DNA from: an uncultured Paludibacter sp. | GTDB lineage: Bacteria; Bacteroidota; Bacteroidia; Bacteroidales; Paludibacteraceae | Direction: 5' to 3' | DNA: 64,000 nucleotides | Assembly (NCBI GenBank): GCA_937897985.1 | Contig: CALCBD010000018.1 | Coordinates: 159,119 to 223,118, forward strand | Part shown: piece by piece, positions 47,492 through 57,115 of the stretch | Numbering within the stretch: position 1 is the first letter of the stretch | Layout of the letters: each line of letters starts with the position of its first letter | Notes under the pieces: generated by a model | What the model saw: only the letters and a program-made list of their open reading frames with translations | Told to the model about the DNA's origin: nothing | Databases searched by the model: none | Translations under genes and position numbers: made by a program

Positions 47492-47521
47492 ATTGAACCG
47501 ATTATCAACCTTATTGAACCG
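47492..47521 (+). promoter_or_regulatory. Direct repeat ATTGAACCG-N12-ATTGAACCG upstream of the second GH128-like gene
   Basis: Identical 9-mers at 47492 and 47513 (21-bp period). The second copy is 39 nt upstream of the -7 box at 47552. Confidence 0.45.
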
Positions 47522-47551
47522 GGCATTAACTTTAAATTGCAGTAATAAAAC

Positions 47552-47559
47552 TATCTTTG
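47552..47559 (+). promoter_or_regulatory. Putative -7 promoter box (TATCTTTG) of the second GH128-like gene
   Basis: Exact TAnnTTTG 34 nt upstream of ATG 47593. It overlaps the TTG start (47557) proposed by the ORF track, which argues for 47593 as the true start. Confidence 0.45.
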
Positions 47560-47592
47560 CAATATACAAATCAGGCTATAAATTACTATCGT

Positions 47593-49530
47593 ATGAAATC
47601 AGGAAGAATTCTTTTACTCATTCTTTTGAAGCTTGCTTTTTTATTTCCGGTGATATCACAAAATCTTGTGTGGACGGGGTTGGCGGGAGATGGAGCTTTT
47701 TTTAATGAGTCTAACTGGAAAAATTCAGTGACAAATGCAGCTCCTCCGGCGGGTACTCTCGATCCTGGTGTGCCCATTAATGCTCAGCTTGCCATACAAA
47801 ATGCAGGTGCTGTGGTGGGTGGAACTTCAGGGGTTTCGAACGATATTCTATTTGGTACCGGCAATCTGACAATACGGAATTCTACCCTCAAACTGGCAGC
47901 AGGTAAAGGTATCGATATGGGTAATGCTAACAATTCATTAGCAATTGACAGCGCTGTTGTAACAACCGGTTTTTTGAAAAACACCACCCTGACTATTTCG
48001 GGTGACGCTAAACTATATCTTAATAATGTCAATCCATTCGATGCCTCCACAAATATTAACATTAGCTCGAACGATGCCTGGATTTTTGTGCCGAATCTGA
48101 ATGCTGATTCTGCATTGACTTCACATATTCCTCGTATTAAACTGAACGGAGCTTCGTTGGTTGATATGACCAATGCCCGTATTTCGCAGTATTACAACGG
48201 CTGCGCTATTTCTGCCTATAATGCCGGATTAGCTCCTTTGCGGGTTTTCGATGCTTTAAATCTGAGTGGTTCTTATTCCGATCTGACAGTTCAAAACATT
48301 TATTCAGGAACTGCAATCCCGGCCGGGCTCAATAACAAAATCGTATCATTTAAACTTAAAAAGGGTTATATGGCTACTTTTGCCGTAAACGACGATGGTA
48401 CAGGTTTAAGTAAGGTTTATATTGCATCCGAATCGGATATTGTTATCAATTCTTTACCTCCGGCATTAACCAACAGCATTTCGTTTATACGCGTATTGCC
48501 CTGGAACTGGGTAAATAAAAAAGGAACCGGTGGTGATGTGGCCAATCCTTCCGGTTCATGGTTCTATAACTGGGGAACGGGTAGTAATTCTTCCAATGTA
48601 AGAGAATATGCTCCTATGTCATGGGGAAAATCAAGTCTGGACACACCGGCCAAACGTAATACTCTTATTGCTAAAAAGAAAATTACACACATTATGAGCT
48701 TCAATGAAGCAGATAATTGTAATGATCAATCGGGACAATACGGACAACTTTGCGTACCGGATACCGCTGCAGTCAGTCATAAAAGCCTGATGAAAACCGG
48801 TTTGCGAATTGTTTCACCTTCCTGTCGCGAAAGTGAGGAGTTGATCTGGCTAAAAGCGGTGAATAACAAAATGATACCTGCAGGAACCCGAATGGATGTG
48901 ATCGGTATGCACTGGTACGACTGGGGTGGATACAGTAGCGGAGCAGCTTCGGATGCCAACAGCATTTTTAACAGATTTAAGAATAAGGTGATTGCAGCAT
49001 ATAACTATTATAAAATGCCAATCTGGATTACAGAATTCAATGCCAATAAAAACAGACCACGTGAAATTCAGGATGCTTTCCTGCTCTTAGCTTTGCCCTG
49101 GCTGGAAGCAACACCTTATGTGGAACGATACGCCTATTTTCAACCTGATGGTGGAAACGGAAGTTTCACTGACGCTAACGGAAACCTTACTACAACAGGT
49201 ACCATTTACCGGAATCAGGTATCAACACCTTCTATCCCTGAGAATTATGTGAATTTTTATGTCAATAATCTGCAGTCGGGAATGAATGAAATTTCGGAGA
49301 TTAAAAATGTGGTTGACACAAAGGAACGTATAAACTTCCGGTTTAACCGGTCAAACCAACAGATTATTGTGAAATCGGAACTCGCGGATTCCGTAAGTTT
49401 ATACAATCTTCAGGGAATGAATGTAAAGCAGATCAGACCAAACGAATCAACACAGCTTTCAGAGTTGACAAGCGGAATCTATATCCTGGCTTCTAAAGGG
49501 TTTTTCCCTGAAAAGATCATTATTTACTGA
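47593..49530 (+). CDS. GH128-like (Glyco_hydro_cc) beta-glucanase paralog with N-terminal beta-helix-like module and T9SS CTD
   Basis: Signal peptide MKSGRILLLILLKLAFLFPVISQ. Paralogous to 38962..41691 (FKLKKGYMATFAVNDDGTG vs FILKKGYMATIAQNQNGTG). WFYNWGT, EYAPMSW, MSFNEAD, MHWY, PIWITEFN. CTD ...SGIYILASKGFFPEKIIIY. Confidence 0.75.
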   Translation: MKSGRILLLILLKLAFLFPVISQNLVWTGLAGDGAFFNESNWKNSVTNAAPPAGTLDPGVPINAQLAIQNAGAVVGGTSGVSNDILFGTGNLTIRNSTLKLAAGKGIDMGNANNSLAIDSAVVTTGFLKNTTLTISGDAKLYLNNVNPFDASTNINISSNDAWIFVPNLNADSALTSHIPRIKLNGASLVDMTNARISQYYNGCAISAYNAGLAPLRVFDALNLSGSYSDLTVQNIYSGTAIPAGLNNKIVSFKLKKGYMATFAVNDDGTGLSKVYIASESDIVINSLPPALTNSISFIRVLPWNWVNKKGTGGDVANPSGSWFYNWGTGSNSSNVREYAPMSWGKSSLDTPAKRNTLIAKKKITHIMSFNEADNCNDQSGQYGQLCVPDTAAVSHKSLMKTGLRIVSPSCRESEELIWLKAVNNKMIPAGTRMDVIGMHWYDWGGYSSGAASDANSIFNRFKNKVIAAYNYYKMPIWITEFNANKNRPREIQDAFLLLALPWLEATPYVERYAYFQPDGGNGSFTDANGNLTTTGTIYRNQVSTPSIPENYVNFYVNNLQSGMNEISEIKNVVDTKERINFRFNRSNQQIIVKSELADSVSLYNLQGMNVKQIRPNESTQLSELTSGIYILASKGFFPEKIIIY

Positions 49531-49591
49531 TTTTCTTTAATTTTAATCTGATTATAAATACATTAGCTAATATCATAAAAAAATATTTATT

Positions 49592-51127
49592 ATGAATATC
49601 AATTTTCTAAAATCACTCTCATTTTCACTGGTACCATTATCAGGTATTACTGCAGCTGACAAAGCCGTAACAAAACAAACAAAGCCGAATATTGTAATTA
49701 TTTACGCCGACGATATTGGTTATGGCGATCTGAGTTGCTACGGATATTCAAAAGTTCCTACACCGAATGTAGATCAACTGGCTTCGGCCTCGGTAAGATT
49801 TACCAATGCACATTGTGTGGCTGCAACAAGTACTCCCTCGCGCTATTCGCTGCTTACCGGTGAATATGCCTGGAGAAAAGAAGGAACCGGGATTGCCGCG
49901 GGTGACGCTGCTATGATTATCAGACCTGAAAGACACACCATGCCTGAAATGCTGAAACAGGCAGGTTATGCAACTGCTGCAGTGGGTAAATGGCATTTGG
50001 GGTTGGGTGCCGAAACAGGTAAACAGAACTGGAACGGACAAATTACTCCGGGACTGAAAGAACTGGGATTCGATTATTCCTATATAATGGCTGCAACAGG
50101 CGACCGTACTCCCTGCGTTTTCATCGAGAATGGTCGTGTGGTAAATCTCGATCCAAATGATCCGATTGCGGTAAGTTATATTAAAAATTTCGACGGACAA
50201 CCAACAGGCAAAGATCATCCGGAGTTACTCCGTATGCATCCGAGTCACGGACATGATCAGGCCATTGTCAACGGGGTTTCTCGCATCGGGTTCATGAAGG
50301 GCGGTAAATCTGCTCTCTGGGTTGACGAAAATATTGCCGATACAATTACTGCTAAAGCACTTGGATTTATTGAGCAAAATAAAAACCGGCCTTTCTTTTT
50401 GTATTTCGGAACTCAGGATGTTCATGTGCCACGTTTACCTCATACGCGTTTTGCCGGCAAAAGCGGACTCGGACCACGTGGTGACGCCATTCTGGAATTC
50501 GACTGGATAGTAGGTGAGGTAACTAAGAAAATCCATGATCTGGGAATTGATAAAAATACCATTATAATTTTGTCGAGCGATAACGGACCGGTGGTGGACG
50601 ACGGATATCAGGATCAGGCCGTTGAATTGTTGGGAAGTCATAAACCCTGGGGACCTTTCCGTGGTGGTAAGTACAGTGGTTTTGAGGCCGGTACGCGAAT
50701 TCCTCAGCTTGTTTGCTGGAAGGGGAAGGTGAAAGCGGGGGTCTCAGATGCATTGGTGAGTCAAATTGACTGGTATGCTTCATTTGCAAACCTGGTAGGT
50801 TATAAACTGAAAAAAGATGAAGCACCCGACAGTAAAAACAATTTGAAATCGCTGTTTGGTACTGAAACTAAAAACAGGGAATTCGTGGTGGAACAAAACC
50901 TGAATAATGTGCTGGGAATTGTTGTTGGAAACTGGAAATACATCGAACCGAGTAAATTCGGGAAAATGAACAAAGATACCAATACTGAACTTGGAAATGA
51001 TATCAGGCCTCAGTTGTATAACCTCCGGACCGACCCGGGCGAAACCAATAATCTTGCAGCTGAATATCCCGAAAAAGTGATTGAGCTTAGATCAAAACTC
51101 AATGAAATCAAATTGTCAAAAAAATAA
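49592..51127 (+). CDS. Family S1 sulfatase, Ser-type formylglycine motif
   Basis: IVIIYADDIGYGDLSCYG. Signature ATSTPSRYSLLTG with Ser80 (AGT 49829..49831) at the Cys/Ser position. GKWHLG. Confidence 0.92.
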   Translation: MNINFLKSLSFSLVPLSGITAADKAVTKQTKPNIVIIYADDIGYGDLSCYGYSKVPTPNVDQLASASVRFTNAHCVAATSTPSRYSLLTGEYAWRKEGTGIAAGDAAMIIRPERHTMPEMLKQAGYATAAVGKWHLGLGAETGKQNWNGQITPGLKELGFDYSYIMAATGDRTPCVFIENGRVVNLDPNDPIAVSYIKNFDGQPTGKDHPELLRMHPSHGHDQAIVNGVSRIGFMKGGKSALWVDENIADTITAKALGFIEQNKNRPFFLYFGTQDVHVPRLPHTRFAGKSGLGPRGDAILEFDWIVGEVTKKIHDLGIDKNTIIILSSDNGPVVDDGYQDQAVELLGSHKPWGPFRGGKYSGFEAGTRIPQLVCWKGKVKAGVSDALVSQIDWYASFANLVGYKLKKDEAPDSKNNLKSLFGTETKNREFVVEQNLNNVLGIVVGNWKYIEPSKFGKMNKDTNTELGNDIRPQLYNLRTDPGETNNLAAEYPEKVIELRSKLNEIKLSKK

Positions 51128-51154
51128 TTATCGATTATCTGACACATTTTTTTT

Positions 51155-52558
51155 ATGAAAGTTATTAAAAGTATCCCTTTAATTATCACATCAATAGGCG
51201 TTCAGCAGGTGTTTGCGTTGCAAAAACCGAATGTGGTTATGATGGTAGTTGATGATTTAGGATGGAAGGATCTCGGAGTGTATGGCAGCGATTATCACAA
51301 AACACCTCAGATAGATCAGTTTTCGAAAGATGGTGTGATATTCAGCAATGCTTATGCAGCCTGTACGGTGTCTTCACCCACCCGTGCCAGCATAATGACG
51401 GGTAAATATCCTGCAAAACTTCATCTCACCGATTGGATTGAAGGACATAAAATGCCAAATGCCAAACTGAAAATTCCGGACTGGACCATGTATCTGCCTA
51501 CGGAAGAAACCACTCTTGCTGAAGTTTTCAAAGCCAACGGCTATGCAACCATTCATATCGGTAAATGGCATTTGGGTGAATCGGATCAATATTGGCCCGA
51601 ACATCAGGGTTTTGATATTAATATTGGTGGATGGTCAAAAGGTCAGCCCAATCTGGATAAGAAAGCCGATGCCAACGGTTATTTTTCACCTTATGGAAAT
51701 CCGAGGCTCACCAACGGTGAAAAAGGTGAATATCTCACTGAGCGTCTGACGGGCGAAGCATGCCGGTTAATTGAAAAATATAAATCTCAGCCTTTTTTTC
51801 TGAATTTGTGGTTTTACAATGTACATACACCTTTACAGGCCAAACAGGATAAAATTGAGAAATACAAAGCTATAGTCGACTCAACCAAACTGCAGAAAAA
51901 CCCTACCTATGCAGCTATGGTCGAACATGTGGATGATGCGGTAGGAAAAGTGATTGCTCAACTCAAACGACTTGGCCTGTACGAAAACACCATCATTATT
52001 TTAACTTCAGATAATGGGGGACTGATTGGTAACGGAATCAAAAAAGTGACTAATAATGCTCCATTGCGACTGGGTAAGGGCGAACGCTACGAAGGTGGTG
52101 TACGGATACCGCTGATCATTAAAACAACAAAACCTGTCGAACCTGATCGCTTGAACAACACTGCTGTAATGAGTATCGACTTCATGCCCACGCTTATTGA
52201 CCTGGCTCAACTGAAGGTGGACAAAAAAGTGCAGAAAGACATTGATGGTGTCGATATAAAGCCACTCCTGAACTCAACGAACGGAAAACTGAAACACAGA
52301 GCACTCTTCTGGCATTACCCGCACTACCATACCGAAGGCGCAACTCCTTACAGTGCAGTGCGCGATGGCGACTGGAAACTGATTCATACCTACGAAACAA
52401 ATACTTTTGAACTATATAACCTTAAAACTGACATTTCGGAAACTAAAAATCTGATTGACAGCGAACCAGCCATTGCCGCCAGACTTAAAAATGAACTTGA
52501 AGTCTGGAAAAAGAAAATGAAAGCTCAAATGCCGACAGCGAAAGATGCATTGAAATAA
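51155..52558 (+). CDS. Family S1 sulfatase, Ser-type formylglycine motif
   Basis: VVMMVVDDLGWKDLGVYG. Signature VSSPTRASIMTG with Ser73 (TCT 51371..51373). GKWHLG. Confidence 0.92.
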   Translation: MKVIKSIPLIITSIGVQQVFALQKPNVVMMVVDDLGWKDLGVYGSDYHKTPQIDQFSKDGVIFSNAYAACTVSSPTRASIMTGKYPAKLHLTDWIEGHKMPNAKLKIPDWTMYLPTEETTLAEVFKANGYATIHIGKWHLGESDQYWPEHQGFDINIGGWSKGQPNLDKKADANGYFSPYGNPRLTNGEKGEYLTERLTGEACRLIEKYKSQPFFLNLWFYNVHTPLQAKQDKIEKYKAIVDSTKLQKNPTYAAMVEHVDDAVGKVIAQLKRLGLYENTIIILTSDNGGLIGNGIKKVTNNAPLRLGKGERYEGGVRIPLIIKTTKPVEPDRLNNTAVMSIDFMPTLIDLAQLKVDKKVQKDIDGVDIKPLLNSTNGKLKHRALFWHYPHYHTEGATPYSAVRDGDWKLIHTYETNTFELYNLKTDISETKNLIDSEPAIAARLKNELEVWKKKMKAQMPTAKDALK

Positions 52559-52710
52559 CTAAGGTCAGAATCAGAAATCAATTGTAAAAGTGTCGTTTTA
52601 CCAACCTGACGCGGTCCAACCATAACCATTGCCTTCTTTTTAAAAAGGCGGTTGGCTATTGCCTTTTCTAATTCTCTGTTTATGCATATAAGAGTTGAAT
52701 TTTTCAACAA
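52559..52710 (-). pseudogene. 5' remnant of an AAA-family ATPase (AAA_14/DUF4143-type) gene
   Basis: The 61-codon ORF contains only the N-terminus and Walker A of such ATPases (INRELEKAIANRLFKKKAMVMVGPRQVGKTTLLQLI). Similarity ends where the sulfatase gene stops, and the rest of the roughly 400-aa protein is missing. Confidence 0.5.
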
Positions 52711-52846
52711 AAATATTTTGATTATTCAGTGATTTGCACAATCAAAACTCATTCAGAGATAAGTATATGATGAAGCCGAATTGTTTTCCGTACTTGAGAC
52801 CGGCATGAACTAACCGTTAAAAAAAACCGAAAATTCACCTGAATAT

Positions 52847-55800
52847 TTATTTGTAATTTTCCTTTATAAACTGTTTGGGCGATTTACCATATATTTTTTT
52901 GAAACTGGTGGTAAAGTAACTTGCTTCGTCGAAACCGGTCATTGCTGCTACTTCATTAATATTGTAGCGACCTTCTTTGAACAGGATTACAGCTTTTTTC
53001 ATACGTGTAATTTTCACAAAATCGTTGGGCGAATAACCGGTTACGGCGTTGAATTTGGTGTATAACAGCGATTTACTCATTCCCATTTCGCGTGCAAAAT
53101 CGGTGATCGAAAAATCGGTATCGATGATATGGTCATCCACAATTTTGGTAGCTTTGCTCAGAAACAATGCATTGTGTTCATTCTCAGAAGAATCAGTCAG
53201 GTCAGCAGGTTTGCCCGTTTCAAGGAATTTTGCTCTCAGGATTTTACGGTTGGTAATTATATTCTCAATTTTCAGCTTCAGATACTTTACATCAAACGGT
53301 TTCGGTATATAATCGTCGGCACCCAGTTTATATCCTTCCTCCACATGCTTCAAATCAGACATAACGGTGAGCAGGATAACCGGAATATGCGAAGTTTCGT
53401 ATGTTTTCTTAATCTTCTCGCAAAGTTCAAATCCGTTCATTTCGGGCATATTATAGTCGCTCAGGACAATGTCGGGATTGATGGATGGAATTTTTTCCCA
53501 GGCATCCCTGCCATTTTCGGCTGTACTTGTATTAAAATAATGACTGAGTGACATGTTGATATATTCGCGCAAATCCGGGTTGTCCTCTACAATCATCAGT
53601 TTGATTTTTTGACTGTCGATTTTTTCCGTTTCCACATCCGACTTTTCAAAATGTGAATCAGAATCAGCATTTTCATCCAATAAATCTGTATTTTTATAAT
53701 GTTTATACCCTCTTCTCAGGCGAATGTAAAAATCGGAACCCTGATTCTCAAAACTTGTAACCCCGGTTTGTCCGTGGTGCATACTTACATAGTTTTTGAT
53801 AAGCAATAAGCCCAGTCCCGAACCGGTCTCCTGTGAATTGATGGCATTTTCGGCTCTGTAGAATCGTTTAAAAAGGTTACGCGCAGCCGATTCGGGTATA
53901 CCAATTCCATTGTCGGAAACATTGATTTGCCAATATGTTGTGGTATAGGTAAGTGAAATATCTATTGTTCCATCATTTCGTGAATATTTGATGGCATTCG
54001 ATATCAGATTATCCAGGATTTTATCCATTTTTTGTTTGTCGTACCATTCAAACAGGTGGGCATCGGGCAGATGAAGTTCAACAGAGATGTTTTTTCCCTG
54101 AGCCACCGGTTCCCAGAACATTTTCTTTTCGGCGAGTAATGCATTCAGGTTGTTTTTGGTAACCATCAACTGCTCTTCTGTCTCATACGATTTCTGAAAA
54201 TCAAGCAGTTGTGAAACCATTTTGTTCATTTTTTCCAGGTTCGAGGTGACGAGTCCGAAGAGATATTTATTCCAGTCATCGAGCACAAGTTTCTCTTTCA
54301 ACTCATAAATGGGTGAGCTGATGAGTGTAAGCGGTGTTCGTAAATCGTGGGTAGTGTTGATGAAAAATTTAATTTTTTCGGCCGTTCTGCGTTTTTCATA
54401 CATGTTCGACAGGTAATTATATGCCCAGTATGCAATCAGTATGAGCAGAATAAATCCGGTTATTTTAGCAACTACCGTATTCCAGAACGGTGGATGAATT
54501 TCTACTTTCAATTCACGTTCACCCAGAATGATATTATTGTCGCCGATGGCTTTCAGTCTGAAAATGTATGTTTTGGGCGACAGATTGGTATAGTTCACCA
54601 CTGTTTCGGTACTTGGTCCGACCCAATCCTGATCGAGTCCTTCGAGCTTCCACATGTACCTGCGTTTGGCATTGGGAGCAAAGTTGATGGTGGTAAAATT
54701 GAGTGAAAATGAATGATCACGATAGGTAAGGTTGAGCTTTTTCAGATTATTGATTTTATCTTTCAACGGAGAGTTCCTGTCGTTGGGTTGTGTTACCCTG
54801 TTGAACAGGCTGAAATCAGTGAACACTAATTTCGACATTGAAACGGTAGGTTCAATATCCTGCGGTTTAAAATAAGTTACACCGTTATATGAGCCGAAGA
54901 AAAATTCGCCTGAAGCCGAAATTGCTTTTGACAACGGACGAAACGACATATCAGAAATTCCATCACCGGTTGTGAAATTAACAATTGATTTGGTGCGGAT
55001 ATTAATTTTACTCAATCCGTTTTCGCCCGCAACCCACAGGTTATTTTTACTGTCCTTCAGAATTGAGTACATTATATCCGATGTCAATCCGTTTTCCTGA
55101 TTAAAATTCTGAATTTTACCGTTATTCAGATTACAAACACTTAAACCGCCGCCGTAGGATGTAAACCATAACACTGAATTTGATTCGGGCAGCATATCGT
55201 ACACACATAAACTTTTCAAATTCCGGTTATATTCCCATGATTTGTACGATAAATTGTTCAGAAACAGGCGATATATACCATTGGTGGTCGAAACCAGAAG
55301 TTCATCATTGTTCCGCTGTATGATGTTGTTAATCTGATATAACTGTATATTAGTGAATGTGTTGGTTTCCGGATTATATTTTGACAAAGGCCCTTTGATA
55401 CCTCCAAACCAGATATTTTTGCGGTTATCTTCAAAAATCTTGTATACAAAATTGGTCCCGAGTGTATTTGATGTGCCGTCGCTTTTGAATTGTTTTATCA
55501 GAGTTCCGTTTTTGTCAAGCAAAAAAACACCCGAAGCATAGGTGCCCACCCAGATATTTCCATGGCTGTCCTGAAAGATGGTTAATACATTTTTCGAAAG
55601 CAATATTTTGTTCCAGATATTGGTGTTTTTATTCCATACAGAAATTCCGTTGTTTGAGCCGAACCAGATTTTTTGTGATGAATCAACCATTATGCACCGC
55701 ACTACTTTGGTTATCAGTGAGTTCGGGTTGTTTCGCTCGTGTCGGATTACTGAAAATCCTTCCCGTTTCGATTCTATAATATTTACGCCATCAGAATAGG

Positions 55801-56767
55801 TCGACATCCACAACCTGTCTTCATTATCCTTGAATATATCATAGATTTCGTTGCCGATTAATCCGTATTGATTATTCTCCTCCTGATAGTATGTTTTCGC
55901 AACCTTCATCTGCCTTTTATCCACAAAAATAGCTCCGAGTCCATCTGTGCCAATGGCAATATTTTCATTATCAATAGCTTTGATTGACAATACCGGACTG
56001 TTTGAAAGCATTGCTATAAAGTTTGGAGTCAGTTTCGCCGTCTTCAGGTTAAACAAAACTATACCGGAGTTGGAAGTGCCGAGCCATAATTGTGAATTCT
56101 GACTGTCATAATAAGCAGTTTCAATTTGCAGATTATTGAATACACCTACAAACCGGTTGTTTATGTCGCTGATAATATTTTGCCGGGTATCATACAGCAA
56201 CACAGAATTGGTGGTTACAATGATTAATCTGTCCCGGTCAAACGGGAGAATCTTGCGAACCATTTTAAAATTCAGTTTCGGATGTTTTATCAGCGTTATT
56301 TTTTTGTTTGTGATTCTTCCAATCGCATTGTTCAAACCTGTCCAGAGTGTATTTTCCTGATCGATATACATAGTTTTAAGATAAAACCTTATGTTGATAT
56401 AATTGACAAACCGATCGTTGGATTCATCGTAATAGTATATAATTCCGTTGTCGGTATAAGCCCACAAAGTCGAATCTTTACCACTGAGTATATGCACTTC
56501 GCGAAGGGGATTTTTTAACTGGTTCAGAATTTCGAAGGAATAGTTTTTTACATTCTTACCATCAAATCTGTCGACACCGTATTTGGTCGAAATCCAGATA
56601 AAACCTTCTTTGTCCTGTATAAAATTGAAAGCCTGACGTCCGTTGAGACCTTCGGCAATGCTGAGATGACGTATCTGTTGAGCTGGTAAAAATGTAGCTG
56701 AAAGTAAAAACAGGAAAACGGGGCCTGCAATTTTAAATATATTCCGGAAGTAATTATTCGTTAGCAT
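52847..56767 (-). CDS. Hybrid two-component system sensor kinase/response regulator with AraC-type output (HTCS)
   Basis: 1306 aa with an N-terminal signal anchor and a periplasmic propeller/Y_Y_Y-type sensor of about 750 aa. TM VVAKITGFILLILIAYWAY. H-box NTTHDLRTPLT. ATPase SDNGIGIPE...GSGLGLLLIKNY. Receiver KLMIVEDNPDLREY...VLSDYNMPEMNGFEL. C-terminal AraC HTH. Confidence 0.95.
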   Translation of the reverse strand: MLTNNYFRNIFKIAGPVFLFLLSATFLPAQQIRHLSIAEGLNGRQAFNFIQDKEGFIWISTKYGVDRFDGKNVKNYSFEILNQLKNPLREVHILSGKDSTLWAYTDNGIIYYYDESNDRFVNYINIRFYLKTMYIDQENTLWTGLNNAIGRITNKKITLIKHPKLNFKMVRKILPFDRDRLIIVTTNSVLLYDTRQNIISDINNRFVGVFNNLQIETAYYDSQNSQLWLGTSNSGIVLFNLKTAKLTPNFIAMLSNSPVLSIKAIDNENIAIGTDGLGAIFVDKRQMKVAKTYYQEENNQYGLIGNEIYDIFKDNEDRLWMSTYSDGVNIIESKREGFSVIRHERNNPNSLITKVVRCIMVDSSQKIWFGSNNGISVWNKNTNIWNKILLSKNVLTIFQDSHGNIWVGTYASGVFLLDKNGTLIKQFKSDGTSNTLGTNFVYKIFEDNRKNIWFGGIKGPLSKYNPETNTFTNIQLYQINNIIQRNNDELLVSTTNGIYRLFLNNLSYKSWEYNRNLKSLCVYDMLPESNSVLWFTSYGGGLSVCNLNNGKIQNFNQENGLTSDIMYSILKDSKNNLWVAGENGLSKINIRTKSIVNFTTGDGISDMSFRPLSKAISASGEFFFGSYNGVTYFKPQDIEPTVSMSKLVFTDFSLFNRVTQPNDRNSPLKDKINNLKKLNLTYRDHSFSLNFTTINFAPNAKRRYMWKLEGLDQDWVGPSTETVVNYTNLSPKTYIFRLKAIGDNNIILGERELKVEIHPPFWNTVVAKITGFILLILIAYWAYNYLSNMYEKRRTAEKIKFFINTTHDLRTPLTLISSPIYELKEKLVLDDWNKYLFGLVTSNLEKMNKMVSQLLDFQKSYETEEQLMVTKNNLNALLAEKKMFWEPVAQGKNISVELHLPDAHLFEWYDKQKMDKILDNLISNAIKYSRNDGTIDISLTYTTTYWQINVSDNGIGIPESAARNLFKRFYRAENAINSQETGSGLGLLLIKNYVSMHHGQTGVTSFENQGSDFYIRLRRGYKHYKNTDLLDENADSDSHFEKSDVETEKIDSQKIKLMIVEDNPDLREYINMSLSHYFNTSTAENGRDAWEKIPSINPDIVLSDYNMPEMNGFELCEKIKKTYETSHIPVILLTVMSDLKHVEEGYKLGADDYIPKPFDVKYLKLKIENIITNRKILRAKFLETGKPADLTDSSENEHNALFLSKATKIVDDHIIDTDFSITDFAREMGMSKSLLYTKFNAVTGYSPNDFVKITRMKKAVILFKEGRYNINEVAAMTGFDEASYFTTSFKKIYGKSPKQFIKENYK

Positions 56768-57007
56768 TTGCCTGAAGTATTAGCTTATTGTGTGGACAAA
56801 TTTACTAAAAAGATTGGGATATTAATCACATGTACCGAAGCATGTACATTACCTGACAGGCAGAAGACTTTATTCAATTCTGAATATGCAAAAATCAGCC
56901 TGCATTAGCTAAATATCAGTAAATTAATTACATATATGAAATAAAATTAAAAAAATATCAATATTCAACGATTTCGATTACAATATTTTATCAATGAACC
57001 GGGTCTT

Positions 57008-57047
57008 TTCTGGAAGATTTTATAGAAAGTCTGGAAGATATTAAAGG
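57008..57047 (+). promoter_or_regulatory. Direct-repeat operator (TCTGGAAGA-N12-TCTGGAAGA), copy 1, upstream of the GH10 gene
   Basis: Repeats at 57009 and 57030 (21-bp period). The second repeat is 39 nt upstream of the -7 box at 57069. 34/40 identical to 59697..59736. Confidence 0.6.
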
Positions 57048-57068
57048 TATTAAAGTGTTCGGCGAAGG

Positions 57069-57076
57069 TACCTTTG
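57069..57076 (+). promoter_or_regulatory. Putative -7 promoter box (TACCTTTG) of the GH10 operon
   Basis: Exact TAnnTTTG 40 nt upstream of ATG 57116, with no -33 TTTG at the expected spacing. Confidence 0.45.
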
Positions 57077-57115
57077 CGCTTTAACTTTTTCGGATCAAAT
57101 CCACTAATACGAATC

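Noticed and set aside
42697-57003. Apparent enrichment of the 8-mer TGAACCGG in PUL intergenic regions (42700, 47516, 47404 minus strand, 56995)
   Set aside because: The same 8-mer or its complement also occurs several times in coding sequence (for example near 2053, 3961, 18790 and 24328), so raw counts are not meaningful. Only the fixed spacing to -7 boxes was kept as a finding.
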